Made by a program: the position numbers and the translations under genes. Source: Trichoplax adhaerens (lineage: Eukaryota > Animalia > Placozoa). From it: a DNA stretch of 64,000 bases. Every line of letters begins with the position of its first letter. The stretch's first letter is position 1. Of this stretch, positions 28,784-42,600 are shown one piece after another. Below the pieces are notes generated by a model that searched no databases, was not told where the DNA came from, and saw nothing but the letters and a program-made list of their open reading frames with translations. The stretch spans positions 3,540,449 to 3,604,448 of the forward strand of contig NW_002060949.1 in assembly GCF_000150275.1 (NCBI RefSeq), given 5' to 3'.

Positions 28784-30687
28784 AGGTGTGTTATATGAAT
28801 GTTATTATATTATAGCAAACGCGGAATTGAATGCTAACGATAGAGAATTAGGAGTACTAAACCCCAAGAAGAAGATGAACCTTATGAAATAAAGTTTATT
28901 ACTACCGTTAGTTGTAATCATACGCATACAGTGGAATGGATTACGTAAAACATGTCTGTAGGATAGACCTATGTAGTGCAAAGGTGCTATTTTTACAATA
29001 TCTGTTAAATTAAAAGTATTTCAGTTATTATTGATAAAGAAATAATTTTATTAAGTATGTCTAGATGTAGGATAATTATTGTTACATCCATGTGTGATTT
29101 TACAGAATCTGAAGTAAGCTGTTACCGTTATATCATTTTGACTTTTAAAAATTAATTTACGATTACTATAAATACTGCAGTCTTGACTGATATTCGCAAT
29201 AAAAAGACGAATAATGAATTAAAAATTACTATTAGTTCTAATCAATTTAACAACTGATAATTTTTTCATTTAAAAAGAAATTGTTTATTTTTATGATAGT
29301 AAGAAGTTAAGCTATCTAAAGTAAAATGCGTGCCAATGTTATATTCGCATTAAGTTCATCTATAATTAATACCATAGTTTTGTAAGAGATGTTGATCTCG
29401 ACAGTTTATCGGCTTATCAGCATTATAGCTTCATCAGCTAATATCATTATGGAAATAATATGATGATATCTCGTAAAACTGCTTGGATTATGAAATTTAA
29501 TAAAAAGAAAGTTATTCATCTTACAAATTTTATATGAACTTTACACCCTTCGAATTTATGAAAGGTTCTATCTTGGCATTTCAATATGTATTGTATAGCA
29601 TTAACTAAATTTGCAATCGCCTGAGTCGATAATACCCTAGCTCAAGCTTTGCAAAGAAATGAGTACAAACGTACGTTTTATATTGGAGACTCATTGCATT
29701 TGCTAGTACAAGTATAATAGCTTATTAATGATGGTATTGGTAAAAAAACTCTACGATCGTTTGCTTACAAGAGCTGTTAATTTATTTATAGAATCCAAAA
29801 TACTGTATGTGAGGTTTATGAATGTACTGTTGTTCTTGAAGGTAAGAAAGTTATCAAACTGGAGAAGTAACAAAAATTATCTCGACACCTGATATAGCAT
29901 AGGTCAAGTACCATATTCCTGTTTATATTCTTAGTATACTACGGTAGTCTATTATGGCGGCGAGCAGCTTCAATAAGTAGCTTGTATGCAGTCAGATAGA
30001 GAGGAAGTCTCCTCAATCTAAATCTTTCCCAACTATGCATCTGTACCATGAGTTTGGTGTAGATCAAGAGCTTTTACTCGCGATAGCGTGGTGTACAGTA
30101 TGTATGCCAATATAGTGATTTCGCACTACCCGAATCATTTACTTAGAAGCTCATGGAGTATAATCGTATTTGGTCAGTATAGTCAAAAGTTGCAGGTAAA
30201 AGCTAGAATCAATCGACCAAAATTTTGGAGAAAGGATACAATCTATGATAGAACTATTAAGTAGCAGAGTGGATCGAGTATTCGACGATCAACTTGAGTC
30301 TACTGATGTTGCAATATATCAGTATCTACGATTTGGACTGTACATCGCACATACGACCATCTACGTTACTTATTCATAAACTACTAGAAAGAATTTTTCC
30401 ATAATTTCCTTCTAAAGATGTATAACTTATAATCATTAGGGATAATTATTAATATAGTATCTATAAATAGCAGTTAATAGCAAGTTTAAGTGGTGCCTAA
30501 TCAGCTTAATCGAGTCGTTTTCTTTCGCTAGAATATTTTACAATGATTTGTATAGATCATCCACTGATGTTCATGCTCATACACTCATAATTGCATTAGC
30601 CAATGGTAGTCAGCCAAAATCTAGTTAACAGTCTTCAACCCACGTGATCTAGGAATCAAGCATGCGTCATCGATGCAACTGAGATCG

Positions 30688-30701
30688 GTTTCCATGGTTA
30701 A
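30688..30701. promoter_or_regulatory. RFX X-box-like site upstream of DNAJC27
   Basis: GTTTCCATGGTAAA is one mismatch from GTTNCCATGGNAAC and lies about 220 bp before the ATG. AGCATGCGT is at 30659-30667. Confidence 0.55.
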
Positions 30702-30917
30702 TATCAAATGACTTCCCAATATTTATACTTTTAAAGTAATAGCCAGCTATAGTAATAGTAAGTGGAAGGTTCGAATAGAGAGATGATTTCCATGGTCTTG
30801 AGAATATAATTTTATCCTAGTTTTTAATAGGAATAAACTGGAAGGACTGTTTGGTTACAATCTATGCTACAAGGATTGTTTATAACTAAATATTGGTTCC
30901 ATCATTAAGGTATCAAG

Positions 30918-33220
30918 ATGCCGGAAAACTCAGATAACCAGAGGAAAAAGTGGTTACGAATTAAGATAATAAGTATGGGCGATCCTCAAGTCGGTAAAGT
31001 AAGTCGAAATCGTTTCAACAGTTATAGTATCTCTTAAACTTGTATTGAAAGCGATCGTTACGAATACTATTATCGATCTGTGAGTAGAGCTATAGTGGAA
31101 TTTAATATTGAGTTGCTAAAGGTAGCTAGAAGGACATCATGCGATAACTTTAGTTAGACAGTTATATAATAATAAGAATGTAGTACTATAGAATACTGTT
31201 AAGAATCCTGTAGTATAAATTGCATAATGTAGCATTTACTGTAGGTACTAGTAGCCTCAAAGTGACGATAAGCTTACATGTTGATACTTGCTAAGTTACA
31301 ATTGGATAAGTACAGTAGCAGTATTGCATTTAACTATAACATATTCGCATTTACTTCAGTTTTCTCCAATATAGGTAGCACAATAGGTAGATTCAAATTT
31401 GAATTCATAATATAAGCTAATCATAACGCAATCAAGATCGTCACAAACACTAATCTACCTTATTTATTTTTGAGTCATATTATTTTAGCAGTCAAAGAGT
31501 CTTATTTATTTATTCATTTCTATTTCAATGCTACTCCTTTAACTAGAGCTGTATCATTAAACGATATTGTGAGAAACGTTTTGTATCGAAATACATGGCT
31601 ACTATTGGTATTGACTATGGTGTAACGAAGTAAGCTCTAGCTGGCTCTAAAACTCTCTTCTAGAATACTTATTTTAACTTTATTTTTGATTTTAATTGCT
31701 CATTCTTTCCTGCTATTGATGGATTATAAATTAGATTCCAATTTTTCTGAGTTTATATTCGTAGAATAAAGCATAGAAACTTGTAATTAAATTAATATTT
31801 TAACTGCATTAATTACAATACTGGATTGATCACATTTCTAGTTGTTGTCTATCGATAAAATGAAGTTTTTGCTCATACAGATACATATGTAATACGTACT
31901 TTGGATATAGGGTAACCATTTAAATTTTATCATATTAGTTATATTTTTTTGTAAAGAAAGAATACTTTAAATGAATATATCGCTATGGCTTTCTTTATCG
32001 TTATTAGTTTAAGATTATCAATCATTCATGCAACTGACATTTATTAGGATGAACATTAAAGATAAAAGAGTTAAAGTCAATATCTTTGATATGTCCGGTG
32101 ATCCGATTTATTATGAGGTACAGCAATACAAATTTTCTTATAACTTTCTTACTTGAGGTACAAGTGCATCGTAAATCAACTATACATGTAGCTCGAATTA
32201 ATAATCAATATAATTATACTTTCTGCAACAGATTCGTAATGAATTTTATAAAGATTCTCAAGGTGCTTTACTAGTTTATGACGTTTGTAAACAATCAAGT
32301 TTTGAATCATTAAAAAAGTGGATTGAAGAAATGAAAAAAGAGATTGATAACCCTGATAGCGTCAACAAGATGGTCATCGTTGTTTGCGGCAATAAGGTTA
32401 GTCTGGTAGTTTTCTGTAGTACCTGCAAACACGATTTGCTACCATGCTTTGTTAATGTCCTTATCTTCCATTTTTAAACTAGAACAAATTAATTATAAAT
32501 GGATTGAGTTATTACAAAGGTTGATACTTATCATTTGTATGCAATCCTATAGACTGATCTAGGTGGTAGACGTGTTATTAGTGAATCGGACGGTCGCCTT
32601 TGGGCAGATAGTTATGGCTATTATTATTTTGAAACTTCTGCCAATAATGACACCGGCATTCATGAAGCTTTTGAGGTTCATTAATACGTGTATTAAGCAA
32701 CAGTGTATTTTAAAAAATATTCTCACTTATGTGTTAATTGCTTTATATTGCGTACATAATAGACGTTAGTTCAATCTGTTGTCACTACAGTGACGACCGG
32801 TAGTAGACCTACATCTGGAAGCTCATTAAATTATTCTCGAGAACAAGCTGAGTTAGTTACAAAGATTAAAGCATCTCGAGATAATTATGAAAGACTAGGT
32901 GTCCAACCAGGGGCAAACAAGTTAGTATCTTATTATAATTAACGAAAAATTAAATTAATAGCAGAAAGTAAACGTTGAATCCGATTGTTTAATCCTGTCT
33001 TGAATTGGTAACAGAGCTATTTAGCTATAAGTTAATTAGTTAATTTCAAAACAAAGCATAGAATTTTTAAGACCATTTTAATTGCTTTAGGGACGAAATT
33101 AATAAAGCATATCGAAAGCTAGCCGTTCAGTTACATCCAGACAAGAATACAGCGCCTGGAAGCGATGAAGCATTCAAAGCGGTTGTCGGAGCAAGAGCTG
33201 CTCTTCTAGGCACACGATAA
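30918..33220 (+). CDS. DNAJC27: DnaJ homolog subfamily C member 27 (RBJ; Rab-like GTPase + J domain); 7 exons
   Basis: Exons encode [27 protein letters not shown]|[28 protein letters not shown]|...NIFDMSGD...|[11 protein letters not shown]...VCGNK|TD...FETSA... and a J domain [29 protein letters not shown]. Exons start at 30918, 31547, 32048, 32232, 32553, 32763 and 33091. None are captured correctly by the ORF track. Confidence 0.95.
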
Positions 33221-34023
33221 ATATTTCTATATTCTGTATAATAGTTATTTTCATGATCAATAGTAAATAATGAAATTATAGTACATCTCTATGGCATTTT
33301 AGTTAATGGCATACGAGTAAATTTAATGTATACCTTTTAAGCAGTTAGATGCCAATATGTTATGAAATGATATCCTATGATATCTTATCGCCTGATTATT
33401 ATAATTTAAAACTAGGACTAATTTCAAGTATTTCGCTTTAAATATATACGATTCGAAAATAATTGAATATTTGCTAATTAACATATCAACAATAATGTAC
33501 AGCATAAAATTATCGTTTGCAACAAATGTGAAGCAGACATCAATGAGCAGAAACAGAATCAAATTTCAATAGGTTCCATAATAAGATTCATGTATAAATA
33601 TCATTTTATAATTCCTTTACAGTACCAAGAACAAGTTCTGATTAGCGGATAAACCAATGTTGTAAGTCATATCACGATAAAATTACGCGTCATAGTTCTT
33701 TTAAACATTAGCATAAAATAAAAATATGCATGTCTCTATATTGATTAATATCGCTATGTATATATGTGAGTTAACCGTAGCTACGCGGAATAGGTATTAA
33801 TCGAGAATAGCAATTTCGACAATAAACTGTAACTATGACGATACATTGCTTCTTTAAAATAATCACTCCCGAATGGAATGATAGCATAATCTTCATTACT
33901 TAAGTAACGTTATCGAGTTTTTTTCGATATGATTGATATATGCAGCAGAATATCATTAATATCTCTACTTTGATAATATAAACATTTACAATAAAAATTA
34001 TAAAAGCTCAAAGTTATTTCATT

Positions 34024-36775
34024 TTATGTCCTTCTTTTCTTTAGAAAGTAACTCATCTTTTCGTATACAACAAATGTAATACATGTTGCAGGAGTTACCC
34101 TAGTTCAATAAAATTATTGTGCGTTTAACAGGTATTAAAATTCTGCATCATCGGTAGAGCTCATTGCAATCAAAAAATTAGTTTGTTTCAATAACTACAG
34201 CATTACCTGATCAGATTTGGCGTTAGACCTTTATAGAATCCTCGAAAGCCTTCGTATCTACAATTTTTTAACCCAAAATAACTTTTATTAACTAGACTGA
34301 AAATAGTATATTCTGAGGATTGAACATAAAATTTGACATACTTTATAATCTTACGGATTGCATCAATAGAGCCATCGTATTTTTGAGCTATGTGAGGGTC
34401 CTGTCATATTCATGTACAATGAAGGATAAAGAGTACGATAGCATTAAGCATATATTAAACGCTGATCTCTACAGCCTATTTTACAATAGTTGTAACACCT
34501 GCAAACGAGATCGGACTACTTGATAAGGATAGGTAGTAGATGATGCAAACGTTTTTGATATTGCGGCCATACAAATATATTCAATAGCGCTCTAACGAAA
34601 AGCAATTTGAATGTTGAAAAGTAGAAATTTTAGGGGGCATAAAAGATGTGTGTATCTGTGACGCACAGAGTGCTAATTACCAAATGCTTTTCGTTCGATT
34701 GTTTTCGGAATTTATTATAAGCCTTTTTGCATTCTTCATATGCAACAAATTGTATAACTCCATGAGATACACCAAAAAGTCCCGGAGCGTAGCCCTTTTT
34801 TAATTCGATTTTATCGGTACATTAATAAAGTAAAGCAAACTTGATTTAAGATAAGTTTAATGCCAACAAGGTTATACTGTACAGACCTTATAGAATCCTC
34901 TAATTCCTTCATATTTATATATTTTGCTAAGTCCATCTAAGATATAATATATATAGTATGCATACGTTCGTTAGCTGTATCACGTCACATTTCCAAATTC
35001 GAAATGATTGACTCTATTAAACCTACGGTACCCCTTTTCATACTGCTAAAGTAGTCACTAAGAATAGTTGTTTAAGGAATTTATGATCAAGGTAACGTAC
35101 CTAGTAGTCCGTTATATGAAGGTGCAGATACTACCATTTCTCCAGTTTTGGTAGTTTGAAGTATCATTCTAGTTTTAACAACCCAAATGGGATTTGTCAT
35201 AGTAAGGGTGCAAACACCTAGAAGACAGGAGTAAAGGTAAATACTTGCGAAGAATAGAGAATCTATTGGTAATTGATAGCATTGACGCATTTTTAAAGCA
35301 AGACATATTGCATTCAACAACATCCTAAACTCCTATTTGCCTTTCCTATACAGGATGATAAAGAAATGCATATATTTCACGGATTCAGCCATCAATCCAT
35401 GCCGGTACGTTTACCTGAAGATTATTTACGCATTTCAAAACCTAGCGTCAACTGCCCACTGAGTTAATTTAAATAAAAATATATTAACATGTCACCTGAT
35501 ATCGCTGCAGCTGTCATGTGTTTAGTAGGTCCTAGAGGTTGATTAGAACCAGCTTGAAAATTGGCTTTAATAGCATTATAGCTGTTAAGCAGAATTAATT
35601 CCATTAGTCTTATAATTTTAATTTTATTGACAGTAATTTAAAAGAAAATGCTGTCTTACAAGAAAAAGTACAATCCCCATGACGATCCTGCACCCCACAT
35701 ATTTGGTATAACGCCCTATTATGAAACAAAACACTAGATCAAAATTTTACAAGTGTGGGCATCAACCATCACACATGATAGCTGTTGGAGATGGCTATCT
35801 AATTTCGTCGATTTTTACGGAGTGTTTTTATAATAATTTACATCTCATTTGAAGTGATGATGATAACACATTAGGGCATTTATACTTGTATAGTATCACA
35901 CAATTTGTTTATAGCAATTGGGTCCTATTGATGTAGTGATAAGATAGAATACGAATACTCGTCTATAGAAAGTAAAAGTTATCAAGTTTACTACGGCATC
36001 TTAGAAGTCAATAAAGTAATTAGATGAAGACAATCACAATTCAATACCTTCTCTGTTCTAATTCTTCAATGGTACTGATTGATATTATACGACTACTCAT
36101 GACTACTTGATCCAATGTAAGGGAGTATATGGACTACGATATCATCTCCTGGTTGTAATATACTTTTGTATACCTGGTAAAAGCCTCGCAAGCCGTTTAA
36201 TTGGGTAGTAGACTTGCATGCTTGAACAAGGCCATTAAAATTGGGACGGTTAGAAAAGTGGCCATCACCAACTAAGGTAAAGGCAAGAGATTAATATTAG
36301 TTGATATCCTTCTAACGTTACATGGGCGAAATGATGCTATTGAAATTGTGCAAGTGAACTATTTCCAATACAGTAGGACTTCTCATTGAAGATTACTATT
36401 GCTTTATATATTTTATGTAGTGTTTTTCAGTTATTTGGATGATTTTCGATTTATACCAGACTAAAAATTACAATATCTATAACATTTAGACATGATACCA
36501 TCATGTCTATTCCAATGGAAAGAGCAATAACCAAACAATATTGGATGATAAAATGATCGCCTAATATTACGAATTGTATTGCTCTCCATGCAGGTTCTAC
36601 CTTGAAATTTAACTTTGATGACATCCAATGGATGTAATGACAAGGTCGCTATTACACCACCACAAACACCAGCCACTAAATGGTCATAATTAAGATGTCT
36701 CATGGCAGAATGAATTGTCCGGAATAAATTGTATTTATCCGAAGGAGTTGATTTTCCAGGATCATCGGCAGCCAT
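34024..36775 (-). CDS. SLC25A32: Mitochondrial folate/FAD carrier
   Basis: Three carrier signatures: HPLDVIKVKFQ, NPIWVVKTRM and YPYQVVRSRLQ. Other motifs include HLVAGVCGGV, PNMWGAGSSWGLYF and PGLFGVSHG. The last exon is VTPATCITFVVYEKMSYFLKKRRT*. ATG at 36775. Confidence 0.92.
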
Positions 36776-37194
36776 GATGTTCTGATTGCGTTTGAAGACT
36801 AGTAGAACTTTCCGTACCCAGTACAGCACGAAGTATGACCGTATGCTGTTGTATGACACTCCTTGAAGTTCAGACGTCGATCCCCAGCCGATTGGAGCAG
36901 CAACGTTTCTTCCTCTACTAAAAGCTGTCGTGTTGCGCTCGATTTGGTAGAGTGTATTACTGTCCTGTATGAGCGTATTGTTCGTACTCAAATGTATCGT
37001 CAGTCGTTGGCGGGTGATACTCACGCCGGTACGTACTGAACCCTCGGGTCATCTCCAGTGACACTCACTATCGACTGAACGTACTACCACGACGGGCGGC
37101 TATTCAAGTCCATGTTTGAGGACTTTGATGTCCCAATCCAGAGTCCGTCCTCAAGTAAAAACACTCAAAAAGAGAGTGGACTGGCCAGTACTGA

Positions 37195-37332
37195 CAGGGA
37201 TTACTCGAGCCAAATTGTACCCCGTGCATAAATATTGTCATTCCTACGCTTGATAGACAAGTTCTGCTCTTGCAGACAGGGGTGACAGCTTTTATGCAAC
37301 ACGAGGTACAATTTGGATCGAGTAAGTCCCTG
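37195..37332. mobile_element. MITE-like inverted-repeat element (138 bp, CAGGG...CCCTG ends)
   Basis: The left arm cagggattactcgagccaaattgtacccgtgcataaaatattgtca pairs with the reverse complement of the right arm, cagggacttactcgatccaaattgtacctcgtgttgcataaaagctgtca. Arms are about 50 bp with a short spacer. No clean TSD. Confidence 0.6.
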
Positions 37333-39612
37333 CTACTGTATCAAGTTGTAGTCTAATAACTAACAGAATAACTTGAGTATTTTGTTAGTTTTTGGCATGG
37401 ACGGCAAGCGTTTCTGACTATTTCTTTTAGTACAGGCATTTTAAAGGAGTGTAATAAATGCATCTAACCATATTTATCTTTGTCAAATGGTATTTTCGAA
37501 AAGGCTTCTACTACAGGATTTGAGGAATAGTAGAGCGATAATGCATGATTACAAGAATCTAGTCTAAAAAGTGAAAGTATTGCGAGCTCAAAGCGATGTG
37601 ATGTCTCTTCTCCTCCGCCAGCTCATCTCTGCAGTTCTTAGAAACATTTCGTTGAATCCATTTATGACAACTTGATTCATCTACAGCTATTACCATGAAA
37701 AATGATAAGCTTTACTCTATACAATTACAATAAAAATGTGTGGAAAATCATTGGAAAATATCCTGATATTACACTTTGAAATATCCAATGACTTTCCACA
37801 CACGCTGAGATTGACTTTTAGTTATAGACTCATAGTACATAGACTACTAGAAGCAGGGGCTACTCAACTAAAATTTCTCCCTGTAGTGATGCACCCCTAT
37901 TCGGTTATACGGATAGCTGTATTTGTTATTGTTAGGTTACTTTAAATAGACATTATGGTGAAGCTAATATTCGATGATTGCTATCTACTATATTAGAAAT
38001 TGTTGATGACTAATAGTAGCCAGTTGACTAATTATGGTACAAGATTGATGTAGCTAGAAACACTGTAGTTGTTAAGATGCCCTTCTCCGAAAGGGCCTAG
38101 ACGTTAATAGAAGAGTAGTGATATCTTAAGTAGAATAATTTCGACTGTAGAAAATAATAATGTCCTATTTGAGAAAATTATTTTAGTTTGATGACTCATG
38201 TCTGATTGTACAGTAAACTGTATATTGCACGCTTTTTTGTTTACTGGGCCCTACTAGTAGGTTCACAACATTGGCGCATCATGGACAATCGGCTTAGGGG
38301 ATATTACCTACCTGCATTATTATCCCAATGTTCGGTCAGTATTAGGTCTTGCTTTCTTAGGGTTTAATAATTTATGGTGATGACAACAAATCCACCAAAT
38401 GTCCTTCAGTGCCAGGACATCTTGGAAAACGTCAACTACAGTTGAATTCTATGCATTCTAGATCGGCCAAGGGTTCCTTTACCTTAGACTACTCGAAACA
38501 CATCGTACAATATGCATTATTCTACCTATAGCATATTAATTACGGATATTCTACATAATATCAAGTCTATTTTTTGGATAGAACAATTGAACATCAGCCT
38601 TTTAGCACCTACAGGCAATATTAATCCCTCCACTGAGTAATGAACTACGATATAAACGGACGTTATTAAAGTCTCAATTTTGCATCAAGCAACATGCTAA
38701 TGCAATCGTTTCATTTTAGACTTCAAATAATTTCAATATCCATAGAAAGGAAAATATTGGTGGGCATGGCTGTATTATAGCAGAACGGAAATGACTAAAT
38801 TAAAAGTTCAGTCTACTTATCAATTCATTAATTATGGCGCAATAACGAGCGAGATCGCACTGTTAGGGTTATCTACCTTTGAGATGATAGACATAAGCAA
38901 TATGAAATAGCATTCGTAACTCGATAGACCACTTAATATAAAAAAGAAAAATTGGATTCTGACTAGTGGAATGCTAAAGTGAATAAAAATAAAGTTGTAA
39001 AATCATCAAATGACTCGTCTCTGTAGTAATCATAGTTATTGCCAATGATTTATTACGGAAACTCTTCCAAATATCGAATATTGGAACTTTTCGGAAGTAC
39101 AATGTAGCGAAGCAAATGCAAGTTATTATTCATTATCTATGAACGTAGATATATAATAAAATTCAGAAAGAGAGTAATGAATGAAAATTCTTCAATTCAA
39201 TACGTTATATAATACAGACTCTTGCAATCATACTATTAGCCAAATATGCTACATGAAGATAGATGATAAACATCAGTAAATACCGCATGATGATTAAATC
39301 CTATGCATTCACATTTTCTTTCTTAATATATAAGCAGAGATTGTAACATAGCTAGTTGTGATTAAGGTTTAACAATTTTGATTAAATTACATTAAAAATA
39401 ATCATAATAATTACAATATCGCAATCGGAATAATTGTCTTAATCCTTTGTCATTGGTGCCCGTTGTAAAATATTAAAACCGTCATATAATATTACGAATG
39501 CCAGTTAAAATTGTTATTAACAATATACATCGTGTGCTTGCTTATTTATACTACTGAGATATTGGTGTAAGCCAATAAATTAAATTAAAACTTAAATCAA
39601 GAGAGAATGGCG

Positions 39613-42600
39613 CTATGTTAGTCGTGGTGAATTATTCTTGATGCGTGATGCAGCGTTAAATAATAATTGCTCCATAATATGATTCCTAATATCTTCACTT
39701 ATCGAATTAGCTGGCATTAATATCATGTCAGCGATACGACTATTTTCTCTCACTGCTTCCAATAAATGACGACCCCCTTCATCTCCAATATGATTGGAAT
39801 CTAAATCGATGGATGAAATTGATTTATTATGCTTGATTCCATCGGCTATAATTGCGGCACCTTCATCACCTAATCGATTATAATCAAGTGATAAAGTTGT
39901 AATTGTGCTATTAACTTTGAGTGAATCGGCAATTGCTTTCCATCCATTCGGTCCAATTGAAGGATTACCACTAAGATTTAAGGTTGTGATAGATGGACAA
40001 CTTACTAACAATCTAGCAATGTCTTTTGCACCGGCATCACTTATGTTACAATCACCCAAATCGATATGATTAAGATTAAGTTTTTCATTCATCCCTTTGC
40101 TACTAGATTCCATTGATAGTTGGTCGTTTGAATTTTCAACGCCACCTATTTCTATCAATCCATCAACAAGATTTTTAACACCTTCATCTTGCAACGGATT
40201 TCCATGCAACCTATTATTACAATCAAATTGCAATTGAATTAGCTGTTGTACTGGTCATCAATTCCAGTCTATCAAAGAACGAGGATTAATTTGAACAAGT
40301 AGAAGCGCTTTACTAACATTAAGATTTCTATAGACGGTTGTGAGCGAAGAACTGCAATAACATGCTTTCCACCTTCAGGCCCGATACGGTTCAAATTTAA
40401 GTTCAACATCTATTTCATAAAGTCAATCGAAATCAATGGATGGAAGTCATAATCGTTTTGGACTTTTTTTTAATTTTACGTAAAGATGATTAAAAAAACT
40501 GCATTCTTTCACATTAAAAATAAACTTAAGTCATTTAATATCATTAGTCAGTAGAAGTGATATAAAAACTAGGGATGATATTGATATACTGTATTGTATT
40601 TTTAAATATGGTTTGTATTATTGCTGGCTATATTACTTACTGTTATATTAGCTGAAGATTTTTGAATTGATTCCGATAACATCTTGAGACTTTCATCATC
40701 GATATTGCTATTGCGAACAGTAATAGAATCAAGGCTTTCTTTCGTTTCCACCATTGTTGCCAATTCACTTATCTAATTTGTAAAAGTTGAATGTGCTACT
40801 ATTAGCATGATATTAAATAGATTTCTGATGATCACTCTTAATTAGAGATACGCACTTGATCATGGGTTAGAGAAGCACTGACTAGATCCAGTCCTTGTTT
40901 CTCTTCGGCTGAGCTAGTTGTATTGACTGTGGAAAGATCAAATGAATTAGACCTTACTAATACCAATTTATCATAATCAGTAGAGTGCACATCACACTGT
41001 TCGGTTGCTTACCTTCATGCGCGCCATTGGCAATATTGCTTTCATAAGCATCATCATGTTCGTTATGATAGCTTTCGTTACTTGATTGCAAATCATTAGC
41101 CGAGTATCCAGTATCTTTAGCTTCTTGATCACTGTTACTGTGTATACTTTCCCGATCTTGTTTGTCGCTACCGATATCAAGAGTTGGGCTATCCGTTGTA
41201 GCTCTATCTTTAATATTATAATTACTATCATAGCTATCAATGTGGATCTCTGGTGGCGGATTGACTCCATCTTGCAAGTCTGCATTATGAGTTGTAGTAT
41301 CCTCCGCCGCCAACAGTTCCGATTCAGATTCCCTATTCTGCGGCGGATTGATTGATTCATGATCACTCTTATCTTGAAGTTGTTGATGTTCGTCAGTAGG
41401 ATCTGTTGGAGAAATTTCAGGATCCAATTCCTTATCTGATATCAAATGTTCAGAACCTTCAGTTACTTTATTACTATCTGCTACGTCTTCGTTAACTTCT
41501 AATGTATTAGGATCATCAGAATGATGGACTATGTCAGAATTCTCCATTATATCATCAGATCCTTGGTCATTCCTTTCTTCGTGAACCTCAAATTCAGTTG
41601 TTTCACTTAAGTTGGTGGTTTCGTTCTCGTTGTAATGCTCATCTACATCTTGATCATGAGTTCCTTCGTCGTTGTCATTAGCGTTATCCATGATTTCTTT
41701 ATCGTGATCTTCAGGTTGATCAGGTGCAGTTTCATTACCAACATAACTCGGTTCATCTTGCTTAATTTCTTGCTCTTGGCTTTTTATTGAATCTGAATCT
41801 CTTACAGGATCAGCTTCTTCATTCTCATTATAGTTAGTATTATCGCTTTCTGCCTGAACTTGATCCGGTTCTTCATGCTCAGATTTCAATGATTCATTAT
41901 CATTTATAGAGGTTGTATCTACATGATCTTCGGCTAGATCTTGTTGAACTAGTTCTTGATCTTCTTCTACTACAGCCCCATTTGATGTGATAGTTGCCTC
42001 AAGGGGAGGTGATGAAGATCGGTTCAGATTTTCTTTTTCGATCGGTTCATCATCATGATTTGATTGATTAGCTTCGGCTTCAAATTCTACGGGTAGAGCT
42101 TCTTCTTCTTTCTTCGCCTGCTGATCTATCGTATCAACATCATGATCATCTTTCTCTTCTTCAATAGGTTGATTCATAGTATTTGCATCAGTTTCTTCTG
42201 CTAATGGTGTTTCTTCTTCTTCTACGGCTCCTTCGTCGAGGTCACTAGTCTTAACCTCTTCCGTTAAATGAGATTCTTCTTCTGCATCTAGATTCGTAGT
42301 ATTGATATTATCCTCTTGTAGAGTCTTTGATTCTTCTATTTCATTATGGATACCATCTAATTGTGACGTATTAGCAGTTGCCTCTATTTCGGTTTCTTCT
42401 GGATCTGTATTTTGTTCTTCTATTTGTGGCTGATTAGATTCAAAATGATCAGGCAAGGCGTTAAATTGGCTTTCTCCATCCGCGAATCGGTCCGATTGCT
42501 GTATAATCGCGATTGGCTCGGTAGCATTATCGTCGTCAAATTGTTGTTTTTGTAGTGAATTGTCTGTGATCTCTTCTAACAGCTTATCAGATGGCACTTC

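Noticed and set aside
29940-30400. Possible decayed transposon or ncRNA between the 907-aa gene and DNAJC27
   Set aside because: Composition is slightly different, but I found no terminal repeats, TSD, ORF or recognisable RNA motif.
36776-37024. 83-codon N-terminal extension of the SLC25A32 ORF
   Set aside because: It starts at a non-ATG codon and has no carrier-like features; more likely 5' UTR/promoter that is open by chance.
37116-37154. Small hairpin ttgaggac...gtcctcaa next to the MITE-like element
   Set aside because: An 8-bp stem is too short to distinguish from chance.
38293-38870. Scattered TTAGGG hexamers
   Set aside because: They are isolated single copies, not an interstitial telomeric array.
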